Shown here: positions 49,317-61,914 of the stretch, one piece after another | How positions within the stretch are numbered: the first letter of the stretch is position 1 | Layout of the letters: every line of letters begins with the position of its first letter | Assembly: GCA_963798485.1 (NCBI GenBank) | Contig: CAWCTR010000004.1 | Span: forward strand, 352,001-416,000 | Source of the DNA: an uncultured delta proteobacterium | Lineage (GTDB): Bacteria > Desulfobacterota > Desulfomonilia > UBA1062 | DNA length: 64,000 bases | Direction of reading: 5' to 3' | Notes under the pieces: generated by a model | The model's input: only the letters and a program-made list of their open reading frames with translations | What the model was told of the DNA's origin: nothing | The model's database searches: none | Translations under genes and position numbers: made by a program

Positions 49317-49709
49317 ATGGCTCAATCCATCACTGCCATTAATACTTCAAGGGCGCCAAAGGCTATCGGGCCCTATTCCCAAGCTGTTGTCGCAGGCGGC
49401 TTCGTGTTTGTTTCCGGTCAGATAGCCCTGAATCCGTCAACAGGCTCCATCATTGAAGGGGGCATCAAGGACCAGACTCTCCAGGTGCTGAAAAATATTG
49501 AGGCGATCATGAAGGAGGCAGGGCAATCACTTAACCGGGTCGTGAAGACCGAGGTCTTCCTCAAGGACTTCAATGACTTCGCAGCCATGAACGAGGTGTA
49601 TGCCACCTTCTTTCCTGGAGAAGTGAAGCCCGCCCGCGTCACGGTAGAGGTATCAAGGCTGCCCAGGGATGTGCTCATCGAGATCGGGTGTGTTGCATAC
49701 AAGCAGTGA
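49317..49709 (+). CDS. ridA: RidA (YjgF/YER057c/UK114) enamine/imine deaminase
   Basis: [29 protein letters not shown]. Confidence 0.93.
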   Translation: MAQSITAINTSRAPKAIGPYSQAVVAGGFVFVSGQIALNPSTGSIIEGGIKDQTLQVLKNIEAIMKEAGQSLNRVVKTEVFLKDFNDFAAMNEVYATFFPGEVKPARVTVEVSRLPRDVLIEIGCVAYKQ

Positions 49710-49720
49710 TCAGCATGATT

Positions 49721-49745
49721 GTAGGGGCAGGCCTTGTGCCTGCCC
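49721..49745 (+). repeat. GTAG-type REP palindrome
   Basis: GTAGGGGCAGGCCTTGTGCCTGCCC; related copy at 63932. Confidence 0.65.
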
Positions 49746-49753
49746 AGCACTGC

Positions 49754-50227
49754 CTACTGTTTCAAGCCCCGTATTTTCTTAATCGAAGCCAAACCCGTAT
49801 CGAAGCAGAAGACAAAGACCGCCATGGCAAGCAGGCTTAGGTCCCGGACGAGGTAGATCCAGGATATTCTCTGTGCCTCTTTCGATGTGGTAAAGCACCC
49901 GCATGAGATATCAAGGCCCTTCAACAGGGCCATGCCCAGGGCAAGTGCGAACACCCACAGGAGCCCGGCAATGATCAGCGAGCTGCCGGGGATAAGCATG
50001 CCGAGGATGAGGGCTATGCCGGTAATCATCTCAACGAAGGGGAGCGCCACGGCAAAGGGGTTCACCAGGACTGCGGGCAGGATCCGGTAGTTGGCGACTG
50101 CTTCGGCAAATCCCTTCGGATCAAGGACATGGACCACGCCGGTATAGAGGAATATGCACCCGAGCACGACACGGAACGCCAGCGCAATACAAGGGCTAAT
50201 CCTTGTCTGAGGTGCTGTCTGATCCAT
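49754..50227 (-). CDS. MauE/DoxX family membrane protein
   Basis: R..LG..F, YRILP, E..G, GLDISCGCF, RD. Confidence 0.88.
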   Translation of the reverse strand: MDQTAPQTRISPCIALAFRVVLGCIFLYTGVVHVLDPKGFAEAVANYRILPAVLVNPFAVALPFVEMITGIALILGMLIPGSSLIIAGLLWVFALALGMALLKGLDISCGCFTTSKEAQRISWIYLVRDLSLLAMAVFVFCFDTGLASIKKIRGLKQ

Positions 50228-50727
50228 TACCTGCCCCCTTCATCAATGGGAAGCCCTTTTTCCATCCATCCCTGCCACCCGTCTGCAAAAAGGCCCAATG
50301 CCGTGATTCCCCGCCCCTGAAGGGTTCTTAAAAGCTCTTCCGCCTTCTTACACCCCTGACCGTCACAGTAAGTAATCAGGATCTTATTACCTCGCTCCTT
50401 CTCCTTAAGTCTCACCAGGTTCTGATCCACCATTTCTTTGGGCATATGGAGCGCACCAGGAAGATGACCCATCTTATACAAGGCTGCCTCCCGCGCATCG
50501 AGGAATACCGCTTTGCCTTCTTGAAGGAGGTGCAAGCAATCATCCGCCGAATATATCCTGGGACCTGATATGGGTGCTCCAGCCCCTTTCGGATGGGCAT
50601 GCACAGGTATGATCGCAAGCCCATCGGGTCTGAGGGCATTGATCGCAAAGGTTAGTACAAGGCTCAGGACAAGGATGAGAGCAGCCTCTTTCAAGGCTGT
50701 TATGATCTTCTCATGAAAACCCGACAT
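50227..50727 (-). CDS. Membrane-anchored rhodanese-like protein
   Basis: FLDAR, GHLPGA, YCDGQGC, GWQGW..GLP. Confidence 0.88.
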   Translation of the reverse strand: MSGFHEKIITALKEAALILVLSLVLTFAINALRPDGLAIIPVHAHPKGAGAPISGPRIYSADDCLHLLQEGKAVFLDAREAALYKMGHLPGALHMPKEMVDQNLVRLKEKERGNKILITYCDGQGCKKAEELLRTLQGRGITALGLFADGWQGWMEKGLPIDEGGR

Positions 50728-50981
50728 ATCTTTATAACCCTTCCTTATAAGTCATCAGCCGGCACAATCTGCAACACTGCTTATCCCAGAGATCTATTCC
50801 CGGATCAAGTGTCACGTGGAAAAGATGAACAGGAATCATACATAAAATCTTATTGCAGCCTATTGCAAATGGTAAACTGAGCATTATAATAGGCAATCAC
50901 GATTTACTTTGTTCCATTCCAAATCTATGATCAAAATTAAAAATGTTGGTTCTCATAAAAGTAATGGAAGGAGATATCGTC

Positions 50982-51290
50982 ATGAGTATCAAGAAGCCGA
51001 CCCGAAAGAAGAGTGCTGTTTGCAAAGTGACGTTTCATTTACCTAAAGAAAAAGTGGCATCAGCAAAAGATATACATCTTGTTGGTGACTTTAATAGCTG
51101 GGATACTAAGGCTACACCTATGAAGAAGCAGAAAGACGGTTCCTTCAGTATCACCTTGGATCTCAATGGGGGCCAGGAGTATCAATATCGATATCTCATT
51201 GATGGTGCTAACTGGGAGAATGACTCAAATGCAGATAAATATGTCCCTTCTCCATTTGGAGATTCAGAAAATTCTGTCTTAATCCTCTAG
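50982..51290 (+). CDS. CBM48 / isoamylase early-set (glycogen-binding) domain protein
   Basis: LVGDFNSW, PMKK, YQYRYLIDG..WEND, NSV. Confidence 0.88.
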   Translation: MSIKKPTRKKSAVCKVTFHLPKEKVASAKDIHLVGDFNSWDTKATPMKKQKDGSFSITLDLNGGQEYQYRYLIDGANWENDSNADKYVPSPFGDSENSVLIL

Positions 51291-51374
51291 TTGACATCCA
51301 CCATTGTCAGTTGAGACGATTCTGATCGTCGAGGATAACAGGGTTCTTGCCCGAGATAAGGTTCGGTTCGGATA

Positions 51375-53810
51375 TCAGACCTGCTGCCTCTGCGCGTCGG
51401 TGACGGCCTCTTCGGCACTCGGGTGGGAGAAGGCTGCAAATATGCCCTCCGGGCCTTCAGGGAAGGCTATTGCGATAACATCCTCTATAGTTTCCACAAA
51501 GTGTATGGTGAGGTCATTGGTCACATAGGGCTCGATGTCGCTGAGGTCTTTCTCGTTCATCTTGGGCATGATGATGGTGGTGAACCCGGCCCTGCGTGCG
51601 GCAAGCACCTTCTCTTTAATGCCGCCGACGGGCAGGACAACACCGCGGAGCGTAATCTCGCCGGTCATGGCAAGGTCTTCCCTGACAACCTTGTTGGTAA
51701 GGAGCGAAATAATGGAGGTGACCAGGGTTACCCCGGCGGAAGGCCCGTCTTTCGGGATGGCCCCTGCCGGTACGTGGATATGGATGCAATGGTCCTTTTC
51801 AATGGTGCACCCCATGCCCTTGATGATGCTCAAGCCAAGCCTGGCGGATTCCTTCATGACATCGCCCATCTGACCGGTAAGGATCATCTCATCCTTTCCT
51901 TCCACCAGGGCTGACTCCACGAACAGGATCTCGCCTCCGAACGGCGTCCAGGCAAGTCCCGTAGCGATGCCGGGGATGCGAATGCGCTGTTTGGCTTCGG
52001 GTAAATAGCGTACCGGACCCAGGGCCTTTTCGATGAAGGCGCAATCTATGGTGAAATCTTCGCTTGAGCCTTTTGCCACCTGGAATGCGATCATCCGCAA
52101 GACGCTAGCTATCTCGCGCTGGAGGTTCCTTACGCCCGACTCTTTTGTGTAGTGGCGGATAAGGTGGCCGACTGCCTCGTCATGGAAATCGATATGCCTG
52201 TCCGTAAGTCCGTTTGCCTCGATCTCTCGGGGGAGGAGGTAATTCTTCGCAATGGCGATCTTGTCCTCATGGGTGTAGCCCTCGATCTCCACGATCTCCA
52301 TGCGATCCTTCAGGGCAGCAGGGATGGTATCGATCACATTGGCCGTGGTGATGAAGAACACCTTGGAGAGGTCATAGGGGACATTCAGGTAGTGGTCTAC
52401 AAAGTGGTTGTTCTGCTCGGGGTCCAGGGCCTCCAGGAGTGCGGATGCCGGGTCGCCGTGGATATCGCGGGTGAGCTTGTCGATCTCGTCCAGCATGAAC
52501 ACGGGGTTTACGGTGCCCGCAGTCTTGATGCCGTTGATGATCCGGCCGGGTAAAGCCCCGATATAGGTCCTCCGGTGGCCCCTGATCTCGGCCTCGTCAC
52601 GCACGCCCCCCAACGAGATGCGTACGAACTTTCTGCCCATGGCCCTGGCGATGGACTTGCCAAGGGAGGTCTTGCCGACACCAGGCGGGCCCACGAAGCA
52701 CAGGATCGGTCCCTTGAGGTCGTTTTTCAGTTTCTTGACCGAAAGATACTCAACGATCCTCTTCTTTGGCTTCTTCAGGTCGAAATGGTCTTCGTCCAGT
52801 ATCTGCTCCACATTCCCAATCTCCAGGTTGTCTTGTGAACCTTCATGCCAGGGCAGGTCCAGGATCCAGTCGAGGTATGTGCGGATAGTGACATATTCCG
52901 AGGATGAGGGCTGCATCCTGGATATGCGTTTGAGGTCTTTGTCGACCTCGGTCCTCACCTCTTCGGGCAGTGCCTTGGCCTCGATTTCACCCCTAAGTTC
53001 ATCCATTTCATCCTCTACGTCGCCGCCTGCTTCTCCCAGCTCCTTCTTGATGGCCTTGAGCTGCTGCCTGAGATAGTATTCCCTCTGGGCATTGTTGATC
53101 TCGCCCTTGGCCTTTTCCGTGATCTTTGAGGAGAGCTCCAGGATGTTAAGCTCCTCCCGCAGGCTCTCATAGAGCAGCGCGAATTTTTTCTCGAAACCCT
53201 CTTCTTCAAGGATCTTTTGCTTATTGGCAATAGGGATGGGCAGGTTGGTGGCCGTTGTGGAGAGCAGCATGAGGGGGTCTTTGATCTTGGCGAGGTTTAT
53301 GAGCACGGTGTCCATATTCTGGTAGGACATGCGTGCGAGCTGCGAAAGGATCTCTCTGGTGGACAGCGCCAGGGCATAGACCTGCGTGCCCGGTGTGGCG
53401 TCCTCAATGAGGTTGGTGACGCGGACCTTCATGTAAGGGTTGTCCGCCACCTTTTCTTCAAGGAATACCTTCTGGATGCCCCTGATCATGATGGAGAGCT
53501 CGCCTGCCTTGACCGAGCTCACCTTGGTAATCTTGGCCACGCAACCGATCCGGTAGAGATTTGCCCACACCGCCGGGACCGGTTCGTGGGGTTTCCGCAT
53601 GCCAACGGCCACAATGGAGCTGTTCGTGCTGTGAAACTCCTTGATGAGTGATGCCGAGGTGGGGTTCGTTACAATGAGCGGGAGCACGGCGCCCGGCAGC
53701 AGGATGGCATCTTTGAGCGGGAGCACGGGCATGATCTCATGGATTTCCTCGACGTGTAAGTCATCGGACTCATCGATGCTGTTCCTGAAGATATTCTTGA
53801 GCCAGTCCAT
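51375..53810 (-). CDS. lon: ATP-dependent Lon protease
   Basis: LON N-domain, [36 protein letters not shown]. Confidence 0.97.
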   Translation of the reverse strand: MDWLKNIFRNSIDESDDLHVEEIHEIMPVLPLKDAILLPGAVLPLIVTNPTSASLIKEFHSTNSSIVAVGMRKPHEPVPAVWANLYRIGCVAKITKVSSVKAGELSIMIRGIQKVFLEEKVADNPYMKVRVTNLIEDATPGTQVYALALSTREILSQLARMSYQNMDTVLINLAKIKDPLMLLSTTATNLPIPIANKQKILEEEGFEKKFALLYESLREELNILELSSKITEKAKGEINNAQREYYLRQQLKAIKKELGEAGGDVEDEMDELRGEIEAKALPEEVRTEVDKDLKRISRMQPSSSEYVTIRTYLDWILDLPWHEGSQDNLEIGNVEQILDEDHFDLKKPKKRIVEYLSVKKLKNDLKGPILCFVGPPGVGKTSLGKSIARAMGRKFVRISLGGVRDEAEIRGHRRTYIGALPGRIINGIKTAGTVNPVFMLDEIDKLTRDIHGDPASALLEALDPEQNNHFVDHYLNVPYDLSKVFFITTANVIDTIPAALKDRMEIVEIEGYTHEDKIAIAKNYLLPREIEANGLTDRHIDFHDEAVGHLIRHYTKESGVRNLQREIASVLRMIAFQVAKGSSEDFTIDCAFIEKALGPVRYLPEAKQRIRIPGIATGLAWTPFGGEILFVESALVEGKDEMILTGQMGDVMKESARLGLSIIKGMGCTIEKDHCIHIHVPAGAIPKDGPSAGVTLVTSIISLLTNKVVREDLAMTGEITLRGVVLPVGGIKEKVLAARRAGFTTIIMPKMNEKDLSDIEPYVTNDLTIHFVETIEDVIAIAFPEGPEGIFAAFSHPSAEEAVTDAQRQQV

Positions 53811-53866
53811 GTCCTTAATGTAGGCGCGCCCTAAAAGAAAGTCAATTGGATGCTTGTGAGGCCTTA

Positions 53867-54862
53867 TCAGAGGATCTGTGAGTATGGGGCAATGACGCTA
53901 CCCGCCTTGATCTTTTTGCCCTCGATCATGCTGCCCATGCCTATTGTTGTCCTCTCGCCGATGGTGCTGTCCTTTATCCAGGTGTTCGGCATGATCTTCA
54001 CACCTTCCCCGACCCGGCATTTTCCCATGATATGGCAATTAGGCCAGATCTCCACATCATGCGCGATCTTGACTGCAGGGCTGATCCATATGGTCGACGG
54101 GTCCTGGAGTGTAACCCCTGATTCCATGAGCGAGGTGTTGATGCGCTGCTGAAGGCGTTCCTGGGCAAAGGTGAGCTGTCCCCTGGAGTTGATCCCATGG
54201 GCCTCGTCCGGGTCTGTAGCCTTGAAGGACACCACCTTAGGGGCCATGGCCACCACGTCGGTCAGGTAGAACTCCCCTTTGGTGTTGTCCGGGCAGATTT
54301 TTTTCACCGACGAGAGCAGGAATTCCTTGTTGATGACGTATACGCCGGTGTTGATTTCGTCAATCTTGAGCTGTTTTCTCGTTGCATCGTTATGCTCGAC
54401 AATACGTTTGAGAGTTCCTTTCCTGTCGCGAACGATTCTGCCGTAACCTGATGCGTCTGCGATTCTTGCCGTGAGGACGCCGATATTTGCGCTTAGGGCA
54501 TGATAGGCATCAAGGAGACCTTTCAGGGATTCCTTCCGGATGAGTGGCATATCGCCGGGCAGGATGAGGATATGAGAGGCATGCGCTTGTTGCAGGGCAT
54601 CTTTTGCCATGAGGATGGCGTGGCCTGTTCCGAGCTGGGGTTCTTGGACCACGATTTTGACAGGGTAGGACTCAAGGTAGCGTATTACCCTGTCCCGGCC
54701 ATGGCCCACAACGGCGATCACACTCGTGGAGATGTCTCCTGCCAGACAAAGGGAGTAGTAGATCAGGGGATATCCGAGGACCTCGTGCAGGACCTTGGGA
54801 TACTCCGATTTCAATCTCGTACCTTTTCCGGCTGCAAGGATTATGCTACAAGTGGTTTCCAT
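53867..54862 (-). CDS. glmU: GlmU-like N-acetylglucosamine-1-phosphate uridyltransferase with shortened beta-helix
   Basis: LAAGKGTR, QLGTGHA, GYGRIVR, EFYLTD; only 331 aa with a few hexapeptide turns. Confidence 0.85.
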   Translation of the reverse strand: METTCSIILAAGKGTRLKSEYPKVLHEVLGYPLIYYSLCLAGDISTSVIAVVGHGRDRVIRYLESYPVKIVVQEPQLGTGHAILMAKDALQQAHASHILILPGDMPLIRKESLKGLLDAYHALSANIGVLTARIADASGYGRIVRDRKGTLKRIVEHNDATRKQLKIDEINTGVYVINKEFLLSSVKKICPDNTKGEFYLTDVVAMAPKVVSFKATDPDEAHGINSRGQLTFAQERLQQRINTSLMESGVTLQDPSTIWISPAVKIAHDVEIWPNCHIMGKCRVGEGVKIMPNTWIKDSTIGERTTIGMGSMIEGKKIKAGSVIAPYSQIL

Positions 54863-54979
54863 TGAGGTGCTTTGCTACCATAAAGATGGGGTTTTCGCAA
54901 CCGTAGCAGATCTCCTATGCCCTTGTAAAAGACAGTCGCTTTTGTTAAGAGGGCGTGAGCAACCGATCCTCATGTGTGA

Positions 54980-56833
<1,854 letters not shown>

Positions 56834-56853
<20 letters not shown>

Positions 56854-57307
56854 CCTTGTCGGTATAATCTTCCTGGCCGTTTTCTTCGAGACGGTCCTTG
56901 TCCCCGGAGTCTGGAGCGGGCTACGCGTCGATCTCTTCATAGGCATGATCATCGGTGTCATGATCCATCTGAGCTTTGCCCAGGGACTTACCTTTGTATT
57001 GGTCACATCGCTTCTTCTCCAGGCCTTTTCAGGGGCCAGACCGGGCCTTGTCCCCATGATATATCTGTGCATCTTTTTTGTGGTCTGGCTGCTTAAAGGG
57101 ATTATCTATATGGAGAACATTTTTACCCAGCTCATCCTTGCCGGTGTCCTCTCCATCCTGGTTGCCTCTGGTCTGGTTATCTCTCTGGATCTGGACATAA
57201 GCCAGGCCGAGCTCTTCTCCATGGCGGTAGGCGGGGTGCTCACAGGGTTTTTAAGTCCTCTGATGGTTACCCTTGTAGGTCATTTGAAGAAGGCATATGA
57301 AGCCTAA
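56834..57307 (+). CDS. mreD: Rod shape-determining protein MreD
   Basis: Very hydrophobic 157-aa ORF between mreC and mrdA. Confidence 0.8.
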
Positions 57308-59121
57308 CTTTACAGGCCCTCATCTGGACGAAGATCTCAAGAAGAGCACTTTGTACCTGTTGATCTTCGTGTTCACCTTGCTCGGCATCCTGATGATACG
57401 GCTGTTCGTCATGCAGATCATTAATGGGACGTATTATGAGGGTCTCTCGGAGAATAACCGTGTCCGCATCATTGCGGTCTCCGCGCCGAGGGGAAAGATC
57501 ATGGACAGGGCAGGGGCCGTACTTGCCGACAACAGGCCTGCATATAATGTCATGGTGCTGCCCGAGGACATATCAAATCCTGAAGAGATCTCAGGGCGTC
57601 TTGCACCGCTGCTGAATAAGACACCCGACGAGATCCGGCAGTCTATCCAGCATGGCAAGGGCAAACCCTATGACCCTTTGATCGTGGCAAGGGATATTAC
57701 CTTCGATCAGGTAGCAAAGATAGAGACGCAGATGTACAGCCTTCCCGGTGTCTCCATCGAGACCATCCCGGAACGGGAATATCTCTATCATGCGCTTGCA
57801 TGCCATGTGCTGGGGTTTATCGGTGAGGTCTCCAAAAAGCAGCTCGAAGAGCAAAGCGAGGAGGATGATTATGCCCCGGGCGATCTTGTGGGTAAAAGCG
57901 GGATAGAACTGGTTTACGAGGATACCTTAAAGGGAGAGAAGGGCAAGCGTGTCTTTGAGGTGGATGCAAGGGGACACAGGGTCAAGGTGCTGGGTGAGCA
58001 GGAGCCCTCTCCAGGCAAGGACGTGAAGCTTACCATCGATAAGGGGCTTCAGGAGATTGCCGCCAATGATCTTGGTGAGAGGGCCGGTGCCGTTGTGGCC
58101 ATGATCCCTTCCACCGGGGAGGTCCTGGTCATGGAGAGCACACCCGGTTTCGACCCGGCCATCTTCGCTACCTCCATGACACCCGGGCAGTGGAAAGATA
58201 TCATTGATGATCCGTTGCACCCCCTTGAGAACAAGAGCATGCGGGGTGCATATCCTCCGGGCTCCGTCATGAAGATCGTCGTGACACTGGCGGGTTTCCA
58301 GGCAGGCATCCTCGACCCCAATGAGCGTGTGTTCTGCCCCGGCTTTTACAAGATAGGCAACACGACCTTTAGGTGCTGGCAGTCTCATGGGCACGGCAAC
58401 CTTGACCTGGTGGAACGCCATCGCCCAGTCCTGCGATGTGTATTTCTATACGTTGGGAAGGGCGCTGGGCATTGATAAGATGGCGGCCACCGGCTCTGAG
58501 CTCGGACTTGGCGCCAAGACCGGTATTGCGCTTCCCGATGAATTGCCGGGGCTTATGCCCACGAAGAAATGGAAACGGCAGCGGTTTCACCAGCCCTGGC
58601 ATCCGGGTGAGGACGTAATATCAGCCATCGGCCAGGGCTATACGCTGGTCACCCCGCTGCAGGTCGCCAAGGTCATGAGTGCAATCGCCAACGGCGGCAA
58701 GGTCTATACACCCAAAATCCTGACTGAAGGTGAGCCTGTTTTGGAGCGGGACATTGCCATCCCGCAGCAGCAGCTCGCCCTTATCAAGGCCGGTCTTAAG
58801 GGTGCGGTGGAGAACGTCCACGGCACGGGCCATGCCATATATGACCCTGAATTATCCATAGGCGGAAAGACGGGCACGGCCCAGGTGGCAAGGGGATACG
58901 CATCCAAGCGTCCGGATGAGACGGACATCCCCTACAAGTATCGTGATCATGCCTGGTTTTTCGGGATCTCTCCGGTGGAGAAGCCGGAGATCGTGGTGGT
59001 GGCGCTGCTGGAACATGCCGGGCACGGCGGTTCTGTCTGTGCGCCCATTGTCAAGGACGTGATTAAGGGGTATTACCTCCGGAAAGAGGCCTCGCGTGAG
59101 CAGATACGCAAAACTAACTGA
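57297..59121 (+). CDS. mrdA: Penicillin-binding protein 2, frameshift near 58412 (probably an assembly error)
   Basis: APRGKIMDR and YPPGSVMK in frame 1; AIAQSCDVYFY, AIGQG, KTGTAQ in frame 2. Confidence 0.93.
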
Positions 59122-60187
59122 AATCCTCGACTGGGGCATCCTTGTGACCACATTGCTCCTTATGGCCATCGGGCTGCTCTGCGTCTACAGTTCAACCGCC
59201 GGCATGGGCAGCGGTATCTTCATCAGGCAGTTACTGTGGATTAGTATCGGCACGCTCTTTTTGGCAATAGCCTTTCTGGTGGACTACCGCACACTCATGT
59301 ACTCGGCCTGGCCCTTCTACGGCTTGGTGGTCTTTGCGCTGATGCTCGTACTCGTGATCGGCAGGGAGATATCCGGCGCCAGGCGCTGGATAATAATGGG
59401 GCCGATGCGCATGCAGCCGTCCGAGATCGCCAAGATCTTTGTAATCATCTGGATGGCATACTGGGCTGAGAAGAAGAAGCATATCCTCCTTCACGGCATC
59501 AGGGAACTCATCTTTCCGGCTGTTATCATCTTCATACCCATGGTGCTGATCCTTTTAGAGCCTGACCTCGGAACGGCAGCGATTGTCGCCTTCATCGCCA
59601 TAGCCATGTTCCTCATGCTGGGGATCAGGCGTTCCACCATGCTCAGCCTGGTCGGGCTCGTTCTTGCCGCATTGCCTTTTCTGTGGTTTTCTTTGAAAGA
59701 CTATCAAAGACAACGCATATTCACCTTCCTCGACCCTTCGCGCGACCCTTTGGGCAGCGGCTACCATGCCATACAATCAAAGATCGCAGTGGGATCGGGA
59801 GGGCTCATCGGCAAGGGGTTCCTCCATGGCACCCAGACCCAGCTCAAGTTCCTGCCCGAGCATCACACCGACTTTATCTTCTCCGTGGTTGCCGAGGAAT
59901 GGGGGTTTCTGGGTTCAGGGGTGCTCATATTCCTTTACATGATGCTCATCACAAAGATCATAACCGTGGGGTTCAAGGCCAAGGACCGGTTCGGGGCGCT
60001 CCTGTGCTTCGGCATCGCCGCCTATTTCACCCTGCATGTGTTCATCAACATATCCATGGCCATCGGCATCTTCCCCGTAGTAGGGGTGCCGCTGCCCTTC
60101 ATCAGCTATGGCGGATCTTTCATGATAATCAACATGATCTGCATCGGGATCGTGCTGAATGTGGCGTGGAGGCGGTTTATCTTTTAG
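59096..60187 (+). CDS. rodA: Rod shape-determining protein RodA
   Basis: GARRWI, QPSE, EPDLGT, GYHAIQS, LPEHHTDFIF, GVPLPFISYGGS. Confidence 0.97.
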   Translation: MSRYAKLTEILDWGILVTTLLLMAIGLLCVYSSTAGMGSGIFIRQLLWISIGTLFLAIAFLVDYRTLMYSAWPFYGLVVFALMLVLVIGREISGARRWIIMGPMRMQPSEIAKIFVIIWMAYWAEKKKHILLHGIRELIFPAVIIFIPMVLILLEPDLGTAAIVAFIAIAMFLMLGIRRSTMLSLVGLVLAALPFLWFSLKDYQRQRIFTFLDPSRDPLGSGYHAIQSKIAVGSGGLIGKGFLHGTQTQLKFLPEHHTDFIFSVVAEEWGFLGSGVLIFLYMMLITKIITVGFKAKDRFGALLCFGIAAYFTLHVFINISMAIGIFPVVGVPLPFISYGGSFMIINMICIGIVLNVAWRRFIF

Positions 60188-60229
60188 CGTTCTTCTCGGT
60201 GAATTAAGGAGCGCTAAAAAAAGTATTTT

Positions 60230-60788
60230 TTCACCACGAAGGACACGAAGGGCTTAACGCAGCATAGCCGCAACCAAAGTAGAGAATGTGATTCGAACAA
60301 ACATAGGATTACTTCACCACGAAGGACACGAAGAAAAGAATCCTCTTGAATTCTCTGACCGGGAAAAGGAATTCAAGAATATCCGTTGAGGATTTCCCAT
60401 GATCTTCTTTGCGCACTTAACGATGTATCGTATTTACAAGTCCCTCCCTTTAGCAAAGGGAGGACAGGAGGGATTTGAAATCTCCATATAGGTCATAACC
60501 CTTGTACAATAGAAACAAATCTCCCCTGTCCCCTCCTTGTCAAGGAGGGGAACCAAGGTAACCCTTGAATGAAGGCACCTCATGTCCTCTTATGGGTTTC
60601 TTCCAGCTCAGCATAGCCACAATCATAAGAGAAAAAATGGAATTGGCAGCATGAAAATGATGCACAAAAAACAAGAAAATGATGGATAGTAGTACGAAGG
60701 AACCTGAAAAAGTAGAAAATAAACTCTTTGACCCATTGAGCCGGGAAGCTATTTCAAGGATTTTTTTCTTCGTGTCCTTCGTGGTGAA
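60230..60788. repeat. Nested cluster of dispersed repeats
   Basis: TTCACCACGAAGGACACGAAG at 60230 and 60313, inverted at 60768-60788; inverted hairpin pair at 60441-60476 and 60517-60550; CAGCATAGCCRCAAYCA at 60260 and 60609. Confidence 0.8.
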
Positions 60789-60849
60789 ATATATATCTCT
60801 CGTGCCTATCAATGATCCATTTATTCTTTACCGTGATGAACCATTAATT

Positions 60850-61788
60850 TTAGCGGCTGAGGCGGTAGCGATCTCCCTCATGGACAACCAGCCCCTTATC
60901 GATGAGACCATCCAGGTGCTTTAGGATCATCTGCTCTTCCCCGAACCAGAGGAGCTCGTCCGAGACCGAGGCATGGTCGGCATCGTAGAAGGGAGAGAGC
61001 CTTACGAGATCTTCTATGCCCATGAGAGGCGATTGCGAGAGGAGGCTAAGGATCTGGCGGTCGCGCTCCTCGAAGAATGCTCTATAGGTGAGGAGCCGCT
61101 TCTTGATGTACGGCTTCTTAAGCGGCCGTGCATGGGACGAGAGGTAGACCTCCACGGGCATTTCCATAACCTGGGCAATGGAATTCTTAAACATCGCAAT
61201 GTCGCACTCCGGGTTGCCGTACCACGGCCCGAAGGGACTCAGGTCTATGTCGAAGCCCATGAGGATCTTTTCATCCGGCGCCCAGAAACAATAGTGGTCA
61301 TTCAGATGCCCCGGGGTGTACAGGGCAACGAAGCTCATGGACCCGCTCGAGAATTCATATTCGTGGCTGAAGGTCGACGTGATGGTGAAGTCCTGAAAGC
61401 CGGTGAGTGCAGGGTAGGTCTCCATCCAGGTAGTGAAGAGCCGATCGCCCACAAACCGCGTGGCCAGCAGCTCTGCCGTCGCTATGGTGTCGCTGTCCTC
61501 CCCGGGCACCATGATCTCTGACCCCAAGGTCTTATCGATCATCCAGCATCCCGAGGTATGGTCCAGGTGGGAGTGCGACACGAAGACCCGGTCTATGCGG
61601 ACCTCTGAGCAGACCTTCTCGATGATCTCCGGCCCGCATCCCGTATCGAATAGGATATTCACGGTGTCCAGGACCAGGAAGGCATTACAGAAAGGCGACC
61701 GGCCCCGGTTGTTTCCATGGATCACATGGAGCTTGTCCGTAACACTGGTGATACGGATGCCTTGTTCAGTGAGCTTATCTAAAATCAT
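60850..61788 (-). CDS. MBL-fold metallo-hydrolase with C-terminal winged helix
   Basis: LFDTG, SHSHLDH, TPGH, SSH. Confidence 0.88.
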   Translation of the reverse strand: MILDKLTEQGIRITSVTDKLHVIHGNNRGRSPFCNAFLVLDTVNILFDTGCGPEIIEKVCSEVRIDRVFVSHSHLDHTSGCWMIDKTLGSEIMVPGEDSDTIATAELLATRFVGDRLFTTWMETYPALTGFQDFTITSTFSHEYEFSSGSMSFVALYTPGHLNDHYCFWAPDEKILMGFDIDLSPFGPWYGNPECDIAMFKNSIAQVMEMPVEVYLSSHARPLKKPYIKKRLLTYRAFFEERDRQILSLLSQSPLMGIEDLVRLSPFYDADHASVSDELLWFGEEQMILKHLDGLIDKGLVVHEGDRYRLSR

Positions 61789-61866
61789 AGGATAGTGCAG
61801 GACTCTATACCCGATCCGCGCAAACGGTCAAGGGGGTCTAAGGTAATAATAAAGTAAATTAATTTG

Positions 61867-61897
61867 TGAATATTCGGATTGACGCTCCGAATATTCA
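61867..61897. promoter_or_regulatory. Perfect 12-bp inverted repeat flanking a -35 hexamer; candidate operator
   Basis: TGAATATTCGGA-TTGACGC-TCCGAATATTCA. Confidence 0.6.
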
Positions 61898-61914
61898 TGA
61901 TAATATATGAGCGC

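Noticed and set aside
60540-60924. Short ORFs containing FTTKDTK / FVSFVVK
   Set aside because: These peptides are read-throughs of the DNA repeat, with no other coding signal.
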